A stretch of DNA of 51,216 nucleotides, taken from positions 12,402,077 to 12,453,292 of the forward strand of contig NC_068999.1 in the NCBI RefSeq assembly GCF_001194135.2. The letters run 5' to 3'. This document shows positions 12,917 to 23,790 of the stretch, piece after piece (positions within the stretch are counted from its first letter, which is position 1; every line of letters starts with the position of its first letter). Under the pieces are notes generated by a model. That model did no database searches. It was not told where the DNA came from and saw only the letters and a list, made by a program, of their open reading frames with translations. Source of the DNA: Octopus bimaculoides. Lineage: Eukaryota. The position numbers were made by a program, and so were the translations under genes.

Positions 12917-13117
12917 GCAACCTAGAAGAATCGTCCGCACACCGGGCAAAATATCTAGCGACATGCCCTCTGTCTTTACGTTCTGAGTTCAAATATCAGT
13001 GAAGAATACTTTGTCTTTCATTGTTTTGGTGTCGAAACTGTTGAGAAATTCCGAAGATGTAATCTAGCAACATCAACCCGCAAAAGTCCAGGCCTTTTGC
13101 CTATAATCGAAAATATT
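12917..13117 (+). mobile_element. Second tRNA-derived SINE family (GAGCTGGCAGAATCG-type head), degenerate
   Basis: GAAGAATCGT..GCACACCGGGCAAAAT..TTACGTTCTGAGTTCAAAT (B box)..CAGGCCTT.TGCCTATAAT, colinear with the copy at 34305. Confidence 0.65.
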
Positions 13118-15719
13118 ACTTACAGCATTTCTACTTCGAATTCCACGTCTAAAGACAAGTCAGTCAGCGCTTTCAGTATATATATATGTCTATGTTAACG
13201 TTATATTCACCAATCAAATGATGATCAACGTGCAGACAATTACTTCCTTTAGCGCTAATTGGTATACATGCGTTTCTATATTTGTTAGTATATGGTATAC
13301 ATGCGTTTCTAAGTATTATTTCTTAGTTATCAGGTAACTTATCAGCACCAAGATAACAGAGGATGTTTCTGTTTTGCAGGCACTGGTACAGAACATCTTA
13401 GATCCTGACCACACGAGAGTTGGTATCAATGGTAAAAGTTTAAAATTAGAAAAACATCTTTAAAAGTTTCAATGTTGACAAATAAAATGCCCCTCAATCT
13501 TCGAACAAATCTAGGTAGACGATTATTGAAATTGCCAGATATCCCATATAATAAAAGTTCCACATTGAAAGTTAGACCTCCGAACGAACAAACAACGCCG
13601 CCTCCATGGCCAAAATAAATTCATTATTTATACATAATTTCTGTTACTACACACTGTTTTCTTTCTTTTTCTCTAACTCACTGTAAATTCCTTTGCGTTC
13701 CCTATATGACTTTCTTCAACTCCCTACTATCTGTCGTTCCTTTTCCCTTACGCTCACTCCTTTTCTTTGCTTCTCTCATCATATATCTTGTCCCCCATTT
13801 CCTCTGCTTCTGTTATTGACACGTGACTACAGGCTATTTCTTTTGCCCCAGTCTTTTCTGGACTAGACGTTCACCGGGTTGGATGTCACTTTTCGCGGCT
13901 CTCCACATTTATCTTCTACTATTTTCTTCTCTTCTAATCATTTTACTGTTTTATTCTCTTCTAATCATTCTATTCTACTATTTTCTTCTCTGCAAATTAT
14001 TCTATTTCCCTGAAAAAATTCTCCCAGGCGTTACCCATTACAATTCGTCTTGGCCTAACGCCCCTTAATGTTTGTCTTCGTCGATTGTTTACTCTGCACG
14101 TCCACTCTGTCATTGTTTGTTCGTTCCAAACTCTAACTACCCATGAATTTTGTATTTTAAAAATTTATGTATGCTGCTGTCTTATGAAGTTTCCATATAT
14201 TGTCGTTAATAGCACGAAACAGGGATAATAAACAGTGCGACAACTGATGAGGATTTATCTTATTTTCGTTATAATTTTTATAATTTTTTCCGAGAGCGGA
14301 TCTGATTTTTGATTCGTTAACATACTGGTCACGTTTATTTTCCGTGGTCAAGCTTGTCGTTCTGCTTCGTTGGTTTCCTTGTGGATACGGTCATAAGTCG
14401 TTCTGGTTGGTTGGTTCTCTTAAAGGGACATTTCGTTGAATTATAAATTTCGTTGAATTATAAATTCATCTGATCCCAAAGCATACCACTAAAAGCGAAA
14501 GCGACTATTAGAAGAGGATCAAAGAAACTGTCAAGCAAATTCCTTTTTTTTTTTACTATTTTCTTTTCACACTTGTTTTTTTTTTTTCAGCATGGCTTGT
14601 CGACAACCACTAACATTGATGAACTTTGAACATTCCAACAAATTGATAAACAGTTTTAATTTTATTGACTGCTATGAACATTCAAACTTACACATTTTGT
14701 TTTGAACATGTTCATTTATCAACATTGAAACATTTTAATTTGTCAACATTGAAACTCTTAAAGAAGTTTTTCTAATTTTAAACTTTAACCATTGATAAAA
14801 AAAAAATTGTTGAAACTAGTTTGATATATTGCTAAATGTATTTTAAACATTTACGAGTTTTGAAATTTAAGTACATTTTCAACAGCACATTTTCCTATAA
14901 TNNNNNNNNNNNNNNNNNNNNNNNNNNNNNNNNNNNNNNNNNNNNNNNNNNNNNNNNNNNNNNNNNNNNNNNNNNNNNNNNNNNNNNNNNNNNNNNNNNN
15001 NNNNNNNNNNNNNNNNNNNNNNNNNNNNNNNNNNNNNNNNNNNNNNNNNNNNNNNNNNNNNNNNNNNNNNNNNNNNNNNNNNNNNNNNNNNNNNNNNNNN
15101 NNNNNNNNNNNNNNNNNNNNNNNNNNNNNNNNNNNNNNNNNNNNNNNNNNNNNNNNNNNNNNNNNNNNNNNNNNNNNNNNNNNNNNNNNNNNNNNNNNNN
15201 NNNNNNNNNNNNNNNNNNNNNNNNNNNNNNNNNNNNNNNNNNNNNNNNNNNNNNNNNNNNNNNNNNNNNNNNNNNNNNNNNNNNNNNNNNNNNNNNNNNN
15301 NNNNNNNNNNNNNNNNNNNNNNNNNNNNNNNNNNNNNNNNNNNNNNNNNNNNNNNNNNNNNNNNNNNNNNNNNNNNNNNNNNNNNNNNNNNNNNNNNNNN
15401 NNNNNNNNNNNNNNNNNNNNNNNNNNNNNNNNNNNNNNNNNNNNNNNNNNNNNNNNNNNNNNNNNNNNNNNNNNNNNNNNNNNNNNNNNNNNNNNNNNNN
15501 NNNNNNNNNNNNNNNNNNNNNNNNNNNNNNNNNNNNNNNNNNNNNNNNNNNNNNNNNNNNNNNNNNNNNNNNNNNNNNNNNNNNNNNNNNNNNNNNNNNN
15601 NNNNNNNNNNNNNNNNNNNNNNNNNNNNNNNNNNNNNNNNNNNNNNATATATATATATATATATAGGAAAAATGCTACTTCTACAATCTCTCTAAGAGAT
15701 CAATGCAGTCTTTTAAGGA

Positions 15720-15925
15720 ATATTTGTAACGACTTTAACATGGCTGTCCGTTCGGGCGAACTCTACTGTATGTTTTTTTTAATCCCAAGAGGACATCTCT
15801 TCTAGATGGGTAACGATGCACAATTCGATAAAATTGGGAGCAGGAGATCGAACCCCTACCATCTCCTAGCGATGAGACCACTAGACCAGTCCTGGTTTCG
15901 GGCAATTTCTGACACTCCTCGGTAC
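15720..15925 (-). mobile_element. Third tRNA-headed element, copy 1
   Basis: Minus strand: TGGTCTAGTGG (A box)..GGGGTTCGATCTCC (B box) at ~15895-15840. The tail CGGACAGCCATGTTAAAG ends at ~15720. Colinear with 16071-16262. Confidence 0.6.
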
Positions 15926-16070
15926 TGGACAGCACGCCTGCTAGAAACGGTAGCTGCTCGCTTCTGCACGCAATGTTTAAATATATATTTCAGGCGACAA
16001 CACAGTCGCTGATTTTCCAACAAACACACATATCTCAAAGCGATGAACGCAGTACATTTATTGACAAGTA

Positions 16071-16373
16071 ATATTCGTAGCGGCTTTAACATGACTGTCT
16101 GTTCTAGCGGAGTCTACTGCGATATTTTAAACCCAAAATACATCTCTTATAGCAGGTAAACGATACACGGCTGCATTCGATAAAATGGTTATCAGGGGAA
16201 AGAACCCCTGCCATATCCTAGCGACGGGACCAGTTTCGGGCTATTTCTGCCGCGCCTATCGGATGCAGCCGTTCAACGTTAACCAGCCAGTGGAGATGTT
16301 TTCTTGGGGTAAAAAAAAAAGCACGGGAGAAACCGCTAGAACGGACACCCATGTTCTAAGTAGCTATGGATAT
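16071..16373 (-). mobile_element. Third tRNA-headed element, copy 2, bounded by ~40-bp inverted repeats
   Basis: 16071-16110 ATATTCGTAGCGGCTTTAACATGACTGTCTGTTCTAGCGG is the imperfect reverse complement of 16333-16373. The interior matches 15760-15920. Confidence 0.65.
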
Positions 16374-16644
16374 TAATTACATATATATACATATATATAC
16401 ATATATATACATATATATATATATACATATATATACATATANNNNNNNNNNNNNNNNNNNNNNNNNNNNNNNNNNNNNNNNNNNNNNNNNNNNNNNNNNN
16501 NNNNNNNNNNNNNNNNNNNNNNNNNNNNNNNNNNNNNNNNNNNNNNNNNNNNNNNNNNNNNNNNNNNNNNNNNNNNNNNNNNNNNNNNNNNNNNNNNNNN
16601 NNNNNNNNNNNNNNNNNNNNNNNNNNNNNNNNNNNNNNNNNNNN

Positions 16645-16677
<33 letters not shown>

Positions 16678-17257
16678 CGTTTAGAAAGTAACATATATCC
16701 GTAGAAGATGCACACTCTAAGAAATAGAGTAGTCGATATTTCTTCCATGTAAAGGTTGGTTCATCGATGGAGTTATTGATATTTATATATAAAATGTATG
16801 TACCAAATTGTACGACCTATTTATCATACGACTAATCTCTTCGTTTAGAAGCTATATTAAAACAAAAAAAAAACAAACAAACAAACTTGTTTTCATGTTA
16901 CACATTGTGTAAAACAATACGGATACGAAGATAAGCAATAGGGTGTCATGAAAAGCCAGAAAAAGTTGAAATAAATCCAAAGAAATGAAATTAATGTTAT
17001 TTAGAACATTTCCTCATGAACACCTTCTTGTTTCACAGATCGTATTCGTCAGATGCAGTATATCGTAATATAAATTCATTCAAAATTACATTAGTTATAT
17101 AGGAAAAAAAGAAAGTTTTCGTGGCATCAATACAGATATAACCCATTTAAGATAGGAGTAAATACTTCAATTTTTGCGGTTGTGTTTATTTAATTACTCG
17201 GGACCCCGGCTTCGTACAGGTACATATTCTGTCGATCCTAAATGTTACAATGAAAAA

Positions 17258-17352
17258 TTCGAACTTGGCGACATTTGCACTCGGATTGTAACGACGGATA
17301 AAATGCTGAAATCATCTTGTCCGACGTGCTAACGTATCTGTCAGCTCGCAAC
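17258..17352 (-). mobile_element. SINE head fragment (GAGCTGGCAGAATCG-type family)
   Basis: Reverse complement GCGAGCTGACAGATACGTTAGCACGTCGGACAAGATG..TCCGTCGTTACAATCCGAGTGCAAAT. Confidence 0.6.
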
Positions 17353-17929
17353 ATTACAGTACAGAAATTATTAAAAAAAAAAATAATTGTAAACAGCCGC
17401 AAGGACACACTATTAAAATGGTATGGACAAGATATGTAGGTTGTTGAACAATATTTTTTTTTACAAAGGAGATTATCTCCTTTGTACGTCGACTTGTGTT
17501 CAACAAACATGGATTTACTGATACATGACACTGACACATGACATTTTTCATAATTAAAATTTATGAAATACAAGGAATTATGAAATATATAAATAACAGT
17601 GCGAATAAAACGCCTCTTTTATGTTAATAGAATACATTGTGTAATGATATGAAATATGTGACTGGGATAACTACACTGCATATGGTCTTCTGCCGGATTT
17701 TGGCTTGATTGCCTGATACAGTATGGGGCACCCCTCGTAAGAGTCAAGCGTGAGAATGACATGTGGAAGGGTAGAGATAGGATACGCACAAACTATGAAC
17801 GCTTCTAAACCTCTGCAAACATACTTTACACGTAAACAGATTAAATATAAGAGCAACAGCAGATGCTTAATATATTATTAGTGAAGAGATAATTACTAAT
17901 TTGCGTAATGTAATTAGAACATAACAATT

Positions 17930-18560
17930 TAGATTGATTCCTGAAATTAATAACTCATTCATTTCGTTTATTAAGCAGTGAGTGCTGATTATGATCCATA
18001 AGGATGTCGACTGCCTCATGTAAACATAATCGACATCTTTGACCTGCTCTGTAGCAATGTTTTCCAGGATTATTTAACAACCCAATGAAATTTGAACTTT
18101 ACGTTCTTTTGACGTTCTGCCAAAATATGTATCATGTCAAATCGGATGTAAGACTGTCACGAAATCCAGTCTAAGTTCTGAATTACCTTGAACAGTAACT
18201 AATGTCCTGGAGGTGAGTCGTTGCAGAGTAACTTTCATTATATAAGACCATCTTCTACTAAACAAGAATTGCTTATTTCTATCGTACTCGTTTTATCTCC
18301 AGATTTATTTTCCTTGATAATATTCATTATAACATGATTAATGATATGATATAAAGTGGTGTCTGAAAAATGTTCTTGCAATAATCATTCGTAGTCAGAA
18401 CCTCGTTGTAATATTCGGTGCTATTATTAAACATTTTCATACGCTACTTTTAATAGAGATAGGTTCATTGAAAATAGATGGGCACGCTGGAAACTTTTGA
18501 TAGGCATATGGAAACGGCAACAGAGGTCTCAAACACGTCGAGCGTTGTGTCTACAAAATT
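17930..18560 (-). mobile_element. Penelope-like retroelement remnant (RT C-terminus + GIY-YIG C-terminus)
   Basis: Minus-strand peptides KLVNFVDTTLDV and MFNNSTEYYNEVL (RT end/thumb-like), then KNVKFKFHW and YRAGQRCRLCLHE...LLNKRNE, matching the CxLC..LLNKRxE signature of PLE endonuclease tails. Stops and frameshifts are present. Confidence 0.65.
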
Positions 18561-19049
18561 TACAAGTTTAATAATTTTTTCAAAGGCAGAATATTAAAAT
18601 TGTAAATTTAATCAAAATAAAACAGATATATACAGAAACAAAACAAATATACGCATGTATATATGTAAGTATACATGTATGTGTATACATACATACATAC
18701 ATACATAAATTTATATATNNNNNNNNNNNNNNNNNNNNNNNNNNNNNNNNNNNNNNNNNNNNNNNNNNNNNNNNNNNNNNNNNNNNNNNNNNNNNNNNNN
18801 NNNNNNNNNNNNNNNNNNNNNNNNNNNNNNNNNNNNNNNNNNNNNNNNNNNNNNNNNNNNNNNNNNNNNNNNNNNNNNNNNNNNNNNNNNNNNNNNNNNN
18901 NNNNNNNNNNNNNNNNNNNNNNNNNNNNNNNNNNNNNNNNNNNNNNNNNNNNNNNNNNNNNNNNNNNNNNNNNNNNNNNNNNNNNNNNNNNNNNNNNNNN
19001 NNNNNNNNNNNNNNNNNNNNNNNNNNNNNNNNNNNNNNNNNNNNNNNNN

Positions 19050-19094
<45 letters not shown>

Positions 19095-19599
19095 ATATAT
19101 GCATATGTGTCTGTATACACGTATATGAATCTTTGAACGTACGGTGAGAGAGACGGGAAGAAAGATGGGGTGTGAGAGGGACAAAGTAACAAAATGATAA
19201 GGAGAGATACACAAAGAAAAAAGTGTGAATCTTTGGTTGAACCACATGAATAAATAATACATTTTTCATATATTGAACAGTTATTTAGAATTCATAGAGG
19301 CAAAATTGTATATTCTAGTTGCATATATGCAGTGTCAAAATAACAAAAAAAAAATGTCTTGTAGATAAGTATTGAGAGCTAAAAAAATGATTAGAATAAA
19401 AATAAAAAAAAAATCTATGTGCGTCTGTATATGTGTACGTCTGCGTAACGATATACACAGACATACGCCCCCGACACATATATACATATAGAAACAGAAA
19501 TACATATACAGATAAATATATAAATGCATTCGATACAAGCACACACATATGTGTACGCATATGCATGTATATATACTGTCATATATAGCTTTATGTACG

Positions 19600-19720
19600 T
19601 ATGGACATACGTATGTATGTTTGTATGAATGTATGAATGTATGTATGTATGTATGCATGTATGTATGTATGTATGTATGTATGCATGTATGTGTGTATGC
19701 ATATATGTATGTATGTACAC
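19600..19720. repeat. (TATG)n microsatellite
   Basis: Tetranucleotide run. Confidence 0.9.
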
Positions 19721-19892
19721 TGTTTGCGTGTGTCGGGTTGATGATTGATGAATTGTAAAATGCTGTAAGACTACATTTCACAATATGTCGAGAAGTAAAA
19801 TAACTGCAAGGTACCTCCAATCACCTCACAGATATATGTACATAAACCTCAATATACACAAACACACACACACATACACACACACACACACA

Positions 19893-19940
<48 letters not shown>

Positions 19941-20429
19941 NNNNNNNNNNNNNNNNNNNNNNNNNNNNNNNNNNNNNNNNNNNNNNNNNNNNNNNNNNNN
20001 NNNNNNNNNNNNNNNNNNNNNNNNNNNNNNNNNNNNNNNNNNNNNNNNNNNNNNNNNNNNNNNNNNNNNNNNNNNNNNNNNNNNNNNNNNNNNNNNNNNN
20101 NNNNNNNNNNATATATATATATACATATATAAATATGTGTGTGTGTATGTGTTTATATATGAGCGGGAGTGATAGCAGAAATGAGGGAGTCTGTGAAACC
20201 TCTACTGTTGTCGAGCATCGCCTACATTAATCGGAGAGAATTATCTCTTATATTTTCTTTGTTTCTTGATTGATAATTTGTGCGCTTTTTAAGTGTCTAT
20301 TCGTTCGCATGTTTGCATACAAACATTAATGTAAAACAATGAAGTAATAATTTAAGTTGCATATTTCATGACAGTTAAAAGCTGCATGCAAAATGCAGAA
20401 CTATGTTATATTCACTTCAAATCTAGGCA

Positions 20430-20612
20430 CAAAGCTAACGATTTCAAGGAGGGGATTAATCCGACTGCATCAACCTCAACTTTAAACTGGTACTCATTTT
20501 ATTGGCCTGGAAAGAATGGGGGTGCAAAGTCGACCTCGGTGGAGTTTGAATGGAGTATCTAATGATGGACGAAAAGCCGCTAAGCATTTTGCCCAGGGTG
20601 CTAACTTTTCTG
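20430..20612 (-). mobile_element. SINE (GAGCTGGCAGAATCG-type family), older copy
   Basis: Contains AAGTCGACCTCGGTGGAGTTTGAA and CCGCTAAGCATTTTGCCCAGGGTGCTAAC, i.e. the reverse complement of the family head. Confidence 0.7.
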
Positions 20613-20614
20613 GA

Positions 20615-20795
20615 CAAAGGGATTAAGTCGATTACAGCGACCTCAGTGCGTAACTGGTACTTATGTAATCGATCCCGAGAGGATGTATGGTATAGTCGAC
20701 CTCGGTGGAATTTGAACTGAACTTAGTATGTAACGGCAGACGAAATACCGCTAAGCATTTCGTCCGGCGTGCTAACGATTCTGCGAGCTCGCTGC
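20615..20795 (-). mobile_element. SINE (GAGCTGGCAGAATCG-type family), better-conserved copy
   Basis: Reverse complement GAGCTCGCAGAATCGTTAGCACGCCGGACGAAATGCTTAGCGGTATTTCG..AGTTCAAATTCCACCGAGGTCGAC..AAGTACCAGTTACGCACTGAGGTCG. Confidence 0.85.
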
Positions 20796-21199
20796 CTTAG
20801 GAATATATTGTATCAAAATGAAGAAATTAGTGATAATAGGTTTTCAGACAGAACCTATTAAATAGTCCGCACTGACATCCGATATTTCCTCGATGTTTAT
20901 TTCTATTTGCTGTTTTTCTTAAACAATCTAAGCTCATGTATTGTCGCTACTGGATTCCTTTACACTGATAGGTTACTCATGCAAGCACACACACAGGCAC
21001 ACCCACACACATTGACTCCCATACATGTATACACACACATAATTGAACACAGGCATACTCACAAGGAACCAGGGAGACTTTAATACCCGGGTATATCGTT
21101 CAAAAGAACGATGTCATCATCTGAATATGGCAAACAATATCGACCGATAGAAAATATTAGAAACCGGTGAAATCATCCATTCTATTAAAATGGTTTGAA

Positions 21200-21620
21200 T
21201 AATGGTACACACCATGAAAGGTATAGGGTCCATCGTAAGCAAAGACTGAACTGCGACAATCGTTTTGTGCAAATGTCTGTCTTTATTCATCAAAGTATTA
21301 AACGTTCGACTCTAAGTAAATGCTCAACAAATGTGAGCGAAGATGAAGAGGTGGAAAATTATTTAAAACAATGCTAGAGAAAGAGCTAACTCATAAATCC
21401 ACTTCCAAGCGAGTGAAAGATTTGAACGCAAAAGTTAGAAAAGGATGACAGGTTGAGAAATATGTCACCTGTATTATGTATGAAAACAAGAGAGTGCGTT
21501 TGTTAATAACGCGAGTTATTTTGACTTCCCAAAAGCCTTATGTTCTTTAGTGACTGCTATTTTTGATCTAAAGTAATTCTGCCTTCTCACAATTATCAAG
21601 TCTTGTCAAAGTAGAAAAGA
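21200..21620 (+). mobile_element. Degenerate LINE APE-endonuclease fragment (RTE-like)
   Basis: STNVSEDEEVENY resembles YAPTxxxxxEEVExFY, and KDLNAKVRKG resembles GDFNAKVG, both in the expected order. Stops are present. Confidence 0.5.
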
Positions 21621-23624
21621 ATGAGATGCGATGAGGGTGGGGGTACAAAGAGCTGCACAAAGACTGAAATACTTGATATGGGGAGTTATTGTACTGTACA
21701 ATCATTGGAAATGATAAAGATTTTGGAATTTATATTAACCGTCAAGTTTGTGAAAAGCCTAGAATTCATACCAAAACTGCACGTTGAAAAAACCGCTGAA
21801 TTAGTTCGCGATACAAGGTGAATGGTCATAAACTAACCTAAAAAATGACTGCGAAATAGAATATTTTGTGTTAGTTGTGTAACATTTCGTGAGACGTAAA
21901 TCTAGCATGTTGTTTATCCGAAGATTAAGGTCCGAATTTCCTTGAGACCAATGGTGGAATTGTAGTTCACTATTGTCCTAACATTTAATGACAGTGCTAC
22001 ATATATGTAGACGTGGATAATAGTGTCAAATTTCGACCACAGCCAAATAATCAAATGACTACAATCGGAAAAGGGAAATATAGCACATACGTACGTATAT
22101 CTATTTTATTGGCTGTGGGCCTAACAATTCTTCCGGAGATGTTTACATCATTGAATCTATCTATAGCACATGAATGGCATTTATTATTCGACTTTAATGA
22201 GAAGAAACTTCAAGCAATGTTTGGCAGAAGTTCAGATCAGAATATAGAAAAACGTACATATTGCAACTAAAAGTGATACAATTATTTAGCCCCTGTAACG
22301 AGTCTGCAACTGCAGAGATTTATCATATTTTATTTTGAGCAATTCATTGATCGATAGACATAAAGGAGAACTACCAAATATAAAAAAGTCAAGTGAAACT
22401 GAAAAAAAAAAGCAACAAAAAGCAATACCAACATTAAAGCCACAGTCAAGATAAATGAATATTATGATGAAAGTTTTTTTGCTGGAAGTGATAAAATCAT
22501 TTTTGGAATTAAAAAAAAAAATAATACATACAGGCATATACATATATATATANNNNNNNNNNNNNNNNNNNNNNNNNNNNNNNNNNNNNNNNNNNNNNNN
22601 NNNNNNNNNNNNNNNNNNNNNNNNNNNNNNNNNNNNNNNNNNNNNNNNNNNNNNNNNNNNNNNNNNNNNNNNNNNNNNNNNNNNNNNNNNNNNNNNNNNN
22701 NNNNNNNNNNNNNNNNNNNNNNNNNNNNNNNNNNNNNNNNNNNNNNNNNNNNNNNNNNNNNNNNNNNNNNNNNNNNNNNNNNNNNNNNNNNNNNNNNNNN
22801 NNNNNNNNNNNNNNNNNNNNNNNNNNNNNNNNNNNNNNNNNNNNNNNNNNNNNNNNNNNNNNNNNNNNNNNNNNNNNNNNNNNNNNNNNNNNNNNNNNNN
22901 NNNNNNNNNNNNNNNNNNNNNNNNNNNNNNNNNNNNNNNNNNNNNNNNNNNNNNNNNNNNNNNNNNNNNNNNNNNNNNNNNNNNNNNNNNNATGTGTGTG
23001 TGTGTGCTTGAGTGTGTGTGTGTGTGTGTGTGTGTCCGTGTGTGCGTGTGTGTTTGCGCGTGTGTATGGCTCAACGTAAAATAAAACCAAATAAAAGGAA
23101 AAAAATAAATTGCGGAATGGAAGTATCAAAACCGCTCAGATTTATCTCCACAGCATCTCATTACGTTATTTTTTTTATGTATTTCATCACAGAAAGTAAT
23201 AACACCCCAGATCTGCAACGAGACTAGATGCAAATGCTGTGTGGTTTCATACCATTCTCAAGTGCAATATCTACGTACTTGAGATCACGCGGCTACACAC
23301 CTGTGTGGAAACAGTTTCACAGTTACGATGGACCGAGATCTAAGCAATCTTCGACGTTGTTGATGTTGATATAACCTTCATTCCCAAAGATCATATTGTA
23401 AACATTCCATGTTTGATTGAGACGTTATACAAGATTCTTTGTGACAAAAGGATGTTAACAATGCTAGAGTTGGCGTCGCTGGAAATCTCTTGTGGATTAT
23501 CTTTTTTATTATTTTGTATTATTTTTATATAGATCGCCATTTTCTATCATGTCGATGATAAATGAACTCTAAACACATCCAATTTCTCTTGAGAGATTCA
23601 GAAAGGTTTATTTCCCTTTTGTGG

Positions 23625-23790
23625 CATACATACATACATACATACATGCATACGTATACACAAACACGCACCTACATCCATCCATCCATCCATTCATCTA
23701 TCCATCCATCCCCCCATCTATCCATACATACATACATGCATACATGGATACATATATGCATACATACATACATACATGCATACATACATA
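23625..23790. repeat. (CATA)n/(CATC)n microsatellite
   Basis: Tetranucleotide runs. Confidence 0.9.

Noticed and set aside
13260-14480. Small tandem duplications (TGGTATACATGCGTTTCTA x2; TTTCGTTGAATTATAAA x2)
   Set aside because: Ordinary replication-slippage duplications with no further structure.
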